From contig JBOZIK010000001.1 of assembly GCA_051453625.1 (NCBI GenBank), forward strand, positions 3,959,370 to 3,993,510: DNA of 34,141 nucleotides, written 5' to 3'. The first letter of the stretch is position 1. Every line of letters starts with the position of its first letter. The notes beneath the pieces are model-generated. The model saw only the letters and a program-made list of their open reading frames with translations, had not been told where the DNA came from and made no database searches. Below, in pieces: positions 13,446-24,292 of the stretch. Made by a program: the position numbers and the translations under genes. This DNA comes from Welwitschia mirabilis (Eukaryota).

Positions 13446-14299
13446 NNNNNNNNNNNNNNNNNNNNNNNNNNNNNNNNNNNNNNNNNNNNNNNNNNNNNNN
13501 NNNNNNNNNNNNNNNNNNNNNNNNNNNNNNNNNNNNNNNNNNNNNGATCTCTTTAAACATAAAAGCTTTCACAAATACTCCCCATAACAAATTGGTGTTA
13601 TTACCTGGAAAGGCTATTAAGGAGTATAAGGGTTACCATTGTTCAGGTGAGTATATTAAACCTTTGTTTGGTTACTTATGTATGTGGTATTATATTTTAT
13701 TAGGAGCTATAGGTTTTCTGTGTGCATTTTTTCAGTTTTGGTTTTTCGGTTTTATTTTTGAATAAAAAACTATGGTCATTCCCTCTATCATCCCCACAGC
13801 ATTCAGGACGATGGTGTGTTATTTTTGTTTTTGGTTTATTTTTGGATTGAAAGTTTTTTGAAATAATTTGGTTTCCATCATATCTTATGATGTCCAGAGG
13901 ACTAGGTGGATAACATGCCTATTTTTTATTTTTGTATTTTGGTTTTGGTTCTATTTTTGTTTTTCTCGTTTCTATGTATGTCATTTTCTCTATCGTCCCC
14001 ATGACAGACAAGATGATAGTGTTGTTTTTAATTTGTTTTCTATTGTTTCCTGTTTGTAGGTATTATGACATTATCATTCCAGAAAAAGGTTTATCAGAGA
14101 AAAAAGGGCTACTAATAGAAGGAACTATTTAAGAAGGACAAAAACACAAACTCTAGGTGCATGCATTATGTTTCCAAGCTCATTTTATTTTTATCATCTT
14201 TAAGCACCTGCCTTCATCTTGAACTAAAGATTTTCTTCCTCCCATTCTTCTAAAAAAAAAAAAAAAGAATAGTGATCAAGCCACCTGTATAAAAATTCT

Positions 14300-14500
14300 T
14301 AAGAAAAAGATAACATTTAGAGAAGACCCTGAGGAAAATAGCAATAAAATAATTTAAAAACTTATTACTGAAAAAATAAAAAAAGAATCTGAGAATGATA
14401 GTAAGAAAATAGTTGGAAAACTTATTACTGAGAAAAGAAGAAAGAATCCGAGGAGGATGGTAAGAAAACACTTAGAGAGCTTGTTACAGAAAAAGGGAGG
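14300..14500 (+). repeat. ~60-bp tandem repeat (3 units; about 20 codons each, EExEExxKKxxxKLITEK)
   Basis: Units GAAGACCCTGAGGAAAATAGC...CTTATTACTGAAAAA, AAAGAATCTGAGAATGATAGT...CTTATTACTGAGAAA and AAAGAATCCGAGGAGGATGGT...CTTGTTACAGAAAAA. Confidence 0.8.
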
Positions 14501-14610
14501 CCATCACAAAAAAATGTTAAGAATAGGGATAGGCCCATTCCTCTTTTCAACCACCTTATTATTCCACCTTTCCTTTTAAAAATCCATATATAACTAATGA
14601 AGAAAACCTT

Positions 14611-16259
14611 ATGGATGTGATCTCATTCAATTACTTTTACCCATCCCATCCATCCCTCATGAACTATGATGGAGAAGAAACTAATCCAGGAAAAAAAAAA
14701 TGAATGAACTATGTAAAAACATAGAAAACACCAATAGAGGATTAAAAACTTTGATTGAAATCTTTTAAAAATTTCTACAAAATCAAGGATCTCTTCTAAA
14801 TCCTCAAATGTATCCTTTTACAACTTACCTTAAGACAAATAAAAACAACTTAGTAATGAATGATTATGATTCTTGTTTCCAAGTCGAGAATAAAATTTTA
14901 GATCAAACTTCATCATTCTACTTATTAGGAGATTAACAAAGGGGAGATAATAACAACTCGACTACATCTTTCAACAATGAAGATGAGGATGGATATTTGG
15001 ATGATAATGATGAAGAAAGTCATTTATTAAATGAAGAGTACATTTATGGGCAAATATATGATAAAAATGATGATCACATTTCCCCTTCTAATGAAAACAA
15101 AAACATGCAACAAGATGATGAGAATAGTGAGGAAGAAGAAGAAGATAACATTGATATTTTAGATCATATCTCAAACTTTCACATGTTTTGTAAGGATGAA
15201 AAAGTTGCACCAATATATGAGATTCAACTTCTAAAATTAATGGAGATAGACATTAAAACTAAATCAATGGAAAATAATCAACTCAACTGAGATGGGAATT
15301 ATAGTATAAAATTAATGGAGTTATTTGAAAAGGAAGAGGAATCAAGCCAAGAAGGATTAGAATATCTTTCATTAAATAATAAGAGATTTCCTTTCTACAA
15401 TCTTTTTAATGATCTTTTTGAGGAATTCACCATCTTAAAAAAGAACAATGATCCTTAACAAAATGAAAAAGAAGAAAATAAAATAATCAATCATAAAGAA
15501 GAGGGAGATATAATCAAAGAAGAAATTATTCAAATAAATAGTTCTCCAAATTAAATTCTTATTCTTGAAAATAATGAACAACATCATCTCGAGGACTTGA
15601 GTTCAAAAACCTCCCCACCTCGTCCTTTGATAACTTCATGTGCAAAAAGCAATATCTTGTCCTCATTTGCAAAGTCAACTTTACCATGCGTTTTCATTGA
15701 TCATTCTTTTTTAAAACAAAATTTGGGATGTCTTGGAATTATTAATTGGGGAAAACCATATCTTTTTGATTCCAATCCATATTTGAAATTAAAAGTCAAA
15801 AAGCTTCTTATGTACATAAATTCTACCCTAATATCTCATCTTNNNNNNNNNNNNNNNNNNNNNNNNNNNNNNNNNNNNNNNNNNNNNNNNNNNNNNNNNN
15901 NNNNNNNNNNNNNNNNNNNNNNNAATATTTTATATCATGAGTTTGATAAAAGATTGTTTATCCATGAGTTGTATAAATTTATTATCTCTTATATTACTAA
16001 TAACTCTAGTGAAAACAAAATTTTATGCACTCATTTGAAAAAGCCTTGTCTTCCTAAGAATCCATATCTTAAATCAAATAATAGAAAACATTTTAAAAAT
16101 CCTTCAAAATCAGATTGGAAACTTTTTTTGAGTCCCTTTTTACATGCATTTCACAATGATATCCAAGATACTAAAAATTCTCATAAGAGATTATTTTTCA
16201 ATCACATTTATCATTCTTTTATCTCTTATCTAAATTCTAAAAATTATGCTATCAAGTAG
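14611..16259 (+). pseudogene. Degenerate acidic ORF of unknown function carried by element C' (homologue of 5330-6720)
   Basis: ORF pieces 14997-15290 and 15597-16259. Shares MDxISF, Q(I/V)ExxIxxQTSxF, GIxNWGKPYLxDxNPxL and HxxISYxxSKxxAIK with element A. Confidence 0.6.
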
Positions 16260-19200
16260 TATCTTTTAATTCTCTTTTCTTCCAATTGATTTTAGTGAAA
16301 AATGATTACATACATCTTATGTTTTATCAATTGGTGAATATTTGGTTTGGACCTCATTTTTCTAAAAATCTTGAAACCATGTTTCTTATGCTTTCTTGAT
16401 TTCTTTTTCAATAAAAACGTGAGTTAGATTTTAAAAATTAAATAAAATTTATTGGCCTTATTTTTTTTTTTTGGTTTTCATGGTAGTTTTGATTTTCAAT
16501 TTCTGTTTTCTCTGTTTTCATCTTTTGTTTTTGAATTCTATTTTAGTTTACACTTTTTGTATTTTCTGCTCCTTGTTAATAATATGTCATCTCCTATGTT
16601 GTCCCCATGATAAGGTGGACTATAGTCAATTTTGATAGTTTTCTAGTTTTCTATTAATTTTTTGTGTTTTATTTTTTTCCCCTGTTTATGTCGTCCTCTA
16701 TGTTGTCTAGATGACAAGCAAGATGACAGTTAATAAAATGTTAAATTTTTTTGTTATTTTGAGAAAATACATTTTTAGAACTCTATTGTAGTTTTTGACT
16801 TGCCTGCTTAAGAATTATAGGAAGTAAATGAGCAAAAATTGGAAATACACAAGTAAACCATTTGAATTTTCTCTTAGATTTTTCCTTTAGAGGTTATTAT
16901 GTCATTACTTGATCATTTTTCAAACTTGACTTGTATATTTATTTTCATGACTAGTCCTTTAACTTGGGCAATTTAGTGGTAAGATTGGATTCACCCCATC
17001 ATAGGATATTCACAAGTCCATGAACTTCAATTTGAAGGAAGATGCTTTATTTTTGATGTTTTTCTCAATGGTGAAAAGGTCTTAAATTGTTTAAGAATGT
17101 TCTTTTCTGTCTTAATCTTATGACTTTCATCTTTGTCTTTTGGAATGTTTGGTCATGTGGAATGTTGTTTTGTTTTATTTAAAAAAAAAAGTGAAATAAA
17201 GACCATGATGTTTTATATTTATGATATCTCAAAAACATGGTCACAATGATGTCCTACCGCAAATACAATGAGGCAAATATTTTTAAGAAGAGCCTTTGGT
17301 AGTGTAATATGGTAGCTATGGAAACTCCACTAGGAGATTAGTTAGCCATGCTTCATGGGTCCTTAATTCTTTAATTGTGGTTGCACTCCCTTCATCATAG
17401 ATAATAAAATTATATTTTAACTTTGAGGCTATGGGATTGATGGTGCTTCTGGTATCATTAGATGCATTACTTGTTTCCTAAACTCTTAGTCTTTTCTTTT
17501 CACATGATTATTTCATTTCTTAAGATTTGGGTGTTTATTTTGAGATGATGATAGGAGAATTCATTTTTAAGTAATTATTGAGTCTGATCATTCATGTTTA
17601 AAGCATTTTACTCTAGCATTATCATAATCACTACCTTATTGAATGGAATTTTTGTACATTTAGTCATGCATTTTTCACATCAAGTGATGTTATAATTACT
17701 TTCATGAGAGGCTGCTAGGTTAAAATATCAGATTATGAGCTATCTTTTATTTATGTTATCTTATGTCCATTCTTCTTATTTTCTTTTGTGGTTTGGTTTA
17801 TTATTTCAAAGTCATTACCATATTTTCTTAGCATGATTTCTTTATTTAAGTTTTCAATAAAAGATAATTTCTTGTTTAGATAAGTGTCTTCTTAATAAAT
17901 TTGTGTNNNNNNNNNNNNNNNNNNNNNNNNNNNNNNNNNNNNNNNNNNNNNNNNNNNNNNNNNNNNNNNNNNNNNNNNNNNNNNNNNNNNNNNNNNNNNN
18001 NNNNNNCCCATGATAAGGTGGATGATAGGCTCTTCTATTGAGTTTTTATTTTTTTAATAAATTTATTTTTTCTAAAATTTTTCTGTTTCTCCATCTCTGT
18101 TGTCCTCTCTATTGTTTGGACGATAAGAAAGATGACAGTTAATAAAATGTTGATTTTTTATTTCTATTATTTTAGAAAAATGCATTTTTATGACTCTGTT
18201 GAGATTTCTAACTTGACTACTTGAGAATTGCAAGAAGTTAATGGGCAAAAATTGGAATTTCAAGAGCAATCCAATTGAATTTTCTCTTGGCTTTTTCCTT
18301 TAAAAGATTATTATGATGTTACTTAATTATCTTTCAAACTTGACTTATATATTTATTTTTATGACTAGTCTTTTAATTTTGGCATTTTAGTGGTAAGATT
18401 AGATTCACCTAATTTTAAAACATTCACAAGTCCATGAACTTTAATTGAAGGAAGATGCTTTATTTTTATGTTTTTCTCAATGATGAAAAGGTCTTAAATT
18501 TTTTAAAGAGTGTTTTTTTCTGTCTTAATCTTACAACCTTTACCTTTTTCTTTTGGAGTTTTTGGTCATGTGGAATATTATTTTCTTTAAAAAAAAAGAA
18601 AGAAAAAAAAGAGAAATAAAGAGAAATAAATACCATGATGTTTCTATTTATTCTATCTCAAAAACATGGTTATCATGATGTCCTTCTATAAGTACACTAG
18701 GGCAAATATTTCCTAGAGGAGCCTTTAGCAGTGTAATATGATAGCTATAGAAACTTCACTAGGAGTTTAGTTGGTCATGCTTCATGGGTCCTTACTTCTC
18801 TGATGGTGGTTATTCTTCCCTCATCATGGATAATAAAATTTATATTTTAAACTTTGAGGCTATGGATCAGTGATGCTCCAAGTGTCATCAGAGGCATTGT
18901 TTGTTTCTTAAACTCTTAGTCTTTCCACATAGTAATTTTATTTCTTGATATTTGGATGTTTGTTTTGTTTTGAGATGATGGCAAGTGAGTTTATTTTTGA
19001 GAAATTCTTTGATCTAATCATTCATTATTTAACACATATTAGTCTAGCATTGTCATAATCACTGCCTTATCGAATGGAACCTTTTACATTAAGTCATGCA
19101 TTTTTCATATCAAGTAATGTTATGGTTTCTTTCATGGGAATTTGCTAGGTTAAATTGTTAGATTGGTTATTTTATTTATGTTATCTTATATCCATTCTTC

Positions 19201-19756
19201 TTATTTGCTTTTGTGTTTGGTTAGTTATTTTAAAGTCATTACTATATTTTCTTATCATGTTTGTCCTTTTTTAATTTTCAGTTTTCAATAAAAAGTTATT
19301 TTCTTTAATTTTCTTGATAAATTTGTGCTTTTTTTTTAGATTTTTGGTAATTTTAGCATTTCTTATTTCTTTTTTCTGATGAAACATTCATTGTCCACAC
19401 TTTTTCTTTACTTGTCAGAATATTTCCTATCTTTATTTCTTTTAAATCTAACTTGACTTAGCTTTGCACTTTGTTTTGAAACTTGTCCTCATTCTCATCA
19501 TCTTTTAGCTACCCTCTTACTTCCATCTATTTTCTTTACATTATTTTCCAATACAGGATGTATTACTTTTTCTTTGAGAGGGGGTAGAGACCCATTTTCA
19601 TGGCTTATTTTTTAAAAATTTTTAACTTTATACACATTATGCATTACTTGTTGTTATCCATGTGATGTATTTTTATGAGCTAGTTTTATGATTTCTAGAT
19701 TTATCTTTTGAAAAATATATTTGCTCTCAATTATGGTTTTTACACTTGGTTTTTAT

Positions 19757-19787
19757 CAGGGACTAATAAAGGCTAAGTGGGAGGCTA
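19757..19787 (+). other. Polypurine tract of element C
   Basis: CAGGGACTAATAAAGGCTAAGTGGGAGGCTA immediately before the TGTTG of the 3' LTR. Confidence 0.8.
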
Positions 19788-20858
19788 TGTTGCACTGCCA
19801 ATTTAAGGTTATTTGATAGGGTTTTATGAGTTTTTTTTAGGACTTTTATACAGGTTTAGGTGCAATTCTTAAGATTTTGAAGATAGAAGAGAAAATCTTA
19901 AAAAAGTGGAATTCTTATCTAAAATTGATGTATTAAAGACACTTTCTACTGGATAGAGCTTTGAAGAAGGATTATTGACAAAAAATGCTAAGTTTCTTTT
20001 GAAGAAAATAATCAAAGAAGACTTTCATCCTCTTTGATGTCCCCACGACAGGTAGGACAACGACTGCCGATGTGGACTACTCATTCATCATTTTAAGAAT
20101 ATTTTGTAATTTGTTGTTGTCCCTTATGTTGTTCAGATGATAACCTAGATGACACTGATATGTAACTGCCTTGGATAGATTCCTTTGACGGTTTCATTCT
20201 TTTTTGAGTCATTTATGAGTGCCTAAATTTACCTACCATTTGTCCTTTTCTACTGTAATTTCTTCTAAATAAGACTTTCCTCGACTCTCCTTCTTATATT
20301 TGTTGTACCAAACATTCTCATGATATGAGATCGAAGGGTAGGAGATTCATCTATGTGTGTTATAGAAAGACGTGTACTTGGTGGAGGTCTATGTATCCTC
20401 CATGGAGACCCGACTATTTTGTAACCTAGATTCTATTACTCTTTTAATATAAAAACTTGTTTTATTTTTATGTTTGTATTGTAGATTTGCTTATGACCCT
20501 TATAGTCTATGTTATCATTGATCTAGTAATAATTTCTTAGATGATATAGATTATTAAGAGAAGCCTTTGTTAAGGCTGAGAGTAAGTAGAGTTAGGGTTA
20601 TTTTCGCATTTCATGTTAGTTTAGATTGCATATTGCACTTTGCATTATATCTTTATTTTCTTGCATTGTTATTTATTTTCTACTTCCTACGATTTTCCAA
20701 AGCAACCTGAGTCTCATACTCATAGACTTCAATGTGGATACAACATTTTGGGTTAACTTCCATATACTAGTATGATGTATTATGCAAAATATCTATTTTG
20801 ATTATTAATGACAGGATCTCTTTGAACATAAAAGCTTGCACAAATACTCACTGCAACA
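19788..20858 (+). repeat. 3' LTR of element C
   Basis: TGTTGCACTG...CACTGCAACA, followed by the TSD ATGAT. Confidence 0.92.
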
Positions 20859-21349
20859 ATGATCCTCGCAAGGTAGTACCATATTCCCCTTATGGATATC
20901 CAATAATACAAAAAGATAACATGCTTACAAGCACTCAAAAAAGCACACCTACATAAGGCATGTCTTGTAATATGAAATTCTGTAATGGATCCTTAGATTT
21001 AATAATATAAAAAATAGACTATAATAGGAGTATTTAAAAATATGATAGTCCAATAATTTAGATCTAACAAATAATGATAAAAAATAAATCAACAATATTA
21101 AGAATAATGTATCTTTAAAGAAGCACTTGAGTTCTTTCTTATTGTCATCACTCACAAGTGCAAAATTCTGATGCAATGTTGTAGGATCTAATGAATGAAT
21201 GATGTAGTTACTTGATAGTCCCTTGTAAATGTTAGCTTAATGCTTCATAAATAGAACTAGTAATCCTTGTATTTATGCATGCATACATGCATCATTTTTT
21301 TTAATGTATCGTTAAATCATGCCTTTGTATCTTTTGATTAGTTTCTAGC

Positions 21350-21850
21350 TATCTGATATAGAAGATAGATGTTTAAAATCTATAACCATCATATAATAAG
21401 TATAAATGTCTATGCATTAGATGAAAAATGGTTATTTTTTTTCTATGATATTTTAGCATAGATATCTTTAAGATGATAGATATCTTCTATTAGTCATATG
21501 TCTTTAGCATGAAAGAAGTCTTAGATCAAAGTTACCATAAATTGATGAAATGTAGATTGTAAAATTTTTAAATCTTAGTGATCATAAATTCATGATGTAA
21601 AACTTTATTTCTTTCTTGGAATGTAAATAACTTATTAAAGTCTAAATTATTCCTATTGCTTCTTTTATTTTATTGTAGATATCTTTAACTATGTGGACAT
21701 CTTTCATTTGTATCAGATCCATGCTTAGTATAGTTATCTTTGTTAAGATAGATGTATTTTACCTATGACTAAAAATTAGCTTAGTATAGATATATTTGAT
21801 GTTATATACATCTTTTCCATAGAAATTTTCAATTCTATAGGCATCTTCAA
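21350..21850 (-). promoter_or_regulatory. Cluster of repeated RAAGAYRTCTAYA motifs in the U3 of element B
   Basis: About ten plus-strand variants of TRTAGAYRTCTTY (e.g. ATAGATATCTTT, TGTGGACATCTTT, ATAGGCATCTTC). Same motif as 24388-24768 in the opposite orientation. Confidence 0.6.
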
Positions 21851-22024
21851 TCGATTGAGATTTTAGATTTTTAAAACATAAGCTAAACTTTTGTGAGATA
21901 GATCTTTGAGGTCTAATATTAACTCATGATTTTGTGATCTAGTTTTCTCTAATTTAACCTATGTACATGATAGTATAATATATATTTAATAAGTGAAATA
22001 ATCAAAATTGGATTTTTACCAATA

Positions 22025-24292
22025 ACTTTTCTCCATGCAAGATAAGTTGGTGCTTTTTGTCCTATACATTGTACATTCTTTTCATTATAAATTAACATAT
22101 TTTCATCTCTTTCTTAAAATTATTTTAGCACTTTTTAAGTACATAATCCATCATTGCTATTCCCATTATTAATGTATAAGTTTTACACTTCATCTTCTAG
22201 GATTTAATGCAATTTATTTGCTTGCATTATGAACATTGTACTTTTGGTTTTATAGTTGATGCATTTTCAGTTATTTCATCCTCCTCTTATTTAAGATAGT
22301 TTGGTTCTTATTCCTATCCATTCCATTTCCACTTGGTATAATTAAATTTTCTAATGCACCTTGATTTAAGATGATTTTAACTATCTATTATGGCTTTGAA
22401 ACTAATCACTATCTCATTAAACACCACATCTCTTACTTCTTTCACCTTGTTAGTGATGAAATCATAAATATAAATACATACTTAACATATTAGCATTTCA
22501 AACTATCATGCTACTACTAGATTTTTTTTAAACATTTATTAATGGAATGCCTATGATAAAACTACTTATAGCCATATACTCCTAACTTACTTAAATTAGG
22601 ATTTATTTCATGCCATAATGTAAATGAGGTATTGTGTTAAAAGATTTTAATGTAAATATTATTAAGAATGAACTGCATTGTACAAAGGGCCTTTACCCAC
22701 CAATCCATATTAATGTAACTTTAGAATAAAAGATAATGGATTATTTTCTTTTGAGCATCCTTCCTTTGTTCATCAACTACATTTTGACATGGATAATATA
22801 ATGTCATGATTTAAAGTTCTATTTCTTTCTTTTAGAGAAATTCCTAGAACTATTAGCCAATGTACTCCCTCTTAGTTTTAATACATAACTAACTAATTTT
22901 TCATTTTACCTTATTTGGGGATTATTTTATAAAATATTGAAATTTACTTAATGCATTATTTTTGTGCTATATGGAAAATACCTAACTACATCATATGAAA
23001 TCATTTATGAATACAATAAAGAATAGATGATTTCTATGGAACAATGTTTAAATAAAGGAACTAATATCTAAATGCACTAGTTAAAATGATTTTATGGTCT
23101 ATTTATAAGCAGGTTTTAGTTTCATAGCCATTGTTTGTTTAACTCTTAGAAAATATTCACATGTACTAAAATATTTTATTTTTATAAGACTATCCATAGT
23201 GAAATCCTTTAACTTTATCATGGCTTACATATCAACATAACTAAGTCTATGATACTACCTAGTGCTCTTCTCAAACTTGGTTACTAATATTTTATCGAAC
23301 TAAAATTAGTATATTTTATTATTCCATGAAACAACCATCTTCATAGCATTGTTATATAATAGTTTAGAGTATTAATTACCTCTCCTAAATAGTACATCAT
23401 AATTATGCTATAAACTAAACACCAAAACTAAGTTATATTTTAGTTGTGGAGGACAATAGACATAATGTAATGTAATGGATTGACCATCACAACTTAACAT
23501 TATAGTATTAACACCTTCAAACATAATGACTTTATTTGCACCATGTGCTGATGTATCTTGTGCCATTCTAAAATTAATTAAGAAGTTTTAATTGTCACAT
23601 ATAAATTTAGTACTACTAGAGTTAAGGTACCAATGTGCATAATCATCAACAAAATCATCATCATTTATTACATTAATTTTATCAATAACTAAATTTACAA
23701 GATAATTTTATCCTTAATAGTGAAGATGAAACTTATTCCCTTATCCTCTTTTTTTATTTCATTTTAACATTTTTGTGTTAAAGAGTTTAAATTTACTTCT
23801 CTTAATACTATCTTCATTTTATGACTTCTTACATTTATTCACTGCATGTTTCTTGTGTTTAGATCTAAGTAGCTACCTTTGAAATTTCACTTATTTTAAT
23901 TCTTCTTTTGAATTGAAAAGTTCATGTTCAAGGAACCTATGGAAGTTTCACTTTTAGAAAGACCTTGGAAGCATAAATGAGACTTATCACAATTTCATTA
24001 GATAATTTTTTTCTTTCTTTTGAATTGAAAATTTCAAATTATTAACACTTTTGTAACATGATTAAGGTATTAAGTACTTTGTAATATGAAGAAGTAATTT
24101 TAACAACTAGTACTTTGAGTTGCCCTTTTTAAATCTTTTTCTTATGTCATCAATTATTGCTATAGATTAGTTAGCCTCTATACTAGGATGGAGATAATAT
24201 CAATAGGGTTGTGATCTAGGTATTTTATATTTGCAATGAAAGATTTAAACTAAGCATCATTCTTAACATTGTATACTTATCTTATCTTTTTT
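22025..24292 (-). pseudogene. pol: Old Ty1/copia element D: gag-protease-integrase relic
   Basis: Minus-strand HWYLNSSSTKFICDNKNF (protease, ~23585-23640), QNVVDEQRK (QNGVAERK, ~22765-22790), WWVK (WGEA region, ~22690-22707) and EVRDVVFNE (~22414-22440). Confidence 0.75.

Larger units (their letters stand above)
13546..17906 (+). mobile_element. Element C': second, non-autonomous member of the same family, probably nested in C (its LTRs largely hidden in the flanking gaps)
   Basis: After the gap come an LTR 3' end (13546-13589) and PBS AATTGGTGTTATTACCTGGAAAGG (13590-13613). The 5' UTR repeats 12291-12770. The 3' UTR 16605-17906 is repeated, diverged, at 18007-19330. Confidence 0.7.
11210..20858 (+). 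mobile_element. Element C: Athila-like Ty3/gypsy LTR retrotransposon
   Basis: LTRs 11210-12290 and 19788-20858 (TG...CA), perfect 5-bp TSD ATGAT (11205-11209 and 20859-20863), PBS at 12291-12314, PPT at 19757-19787 and a gag fragment at ~12960-13445. Confidence 0.92.
10894..22024 (-). repeat. 5' LTR of copia element B, split by element C (pieces 10894-11209 and 20864-22024, ~1.48 kb together)
   Basis: C-rich end TCATTCATCCCTCTCCTCTGAG before the PBS (Sirevirus-type integrase signal). Minus-strand start TATTGGTAAAAATCCAATTTTGATTA (decayed TGTTGG...GTTTTGATGA). An ~88-bp tandem unit continues across the C insertion. Confidence 0.7.

Noticed and set aside
11978-14132. Short hydrophobic ORFs (11991, 12598, 13868, 13932) that look like membrane peptides
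   Set aside because: Products of T-rich LTR/UTR sequence; frames are not preserved between paralogous copies.
18860-18915. CTGATGA and GAAAC on the minus strand suggesting a hammerhead ribozyme
   Set aside because: Order and spacing leave no room for stems I-III around the catalytic core.
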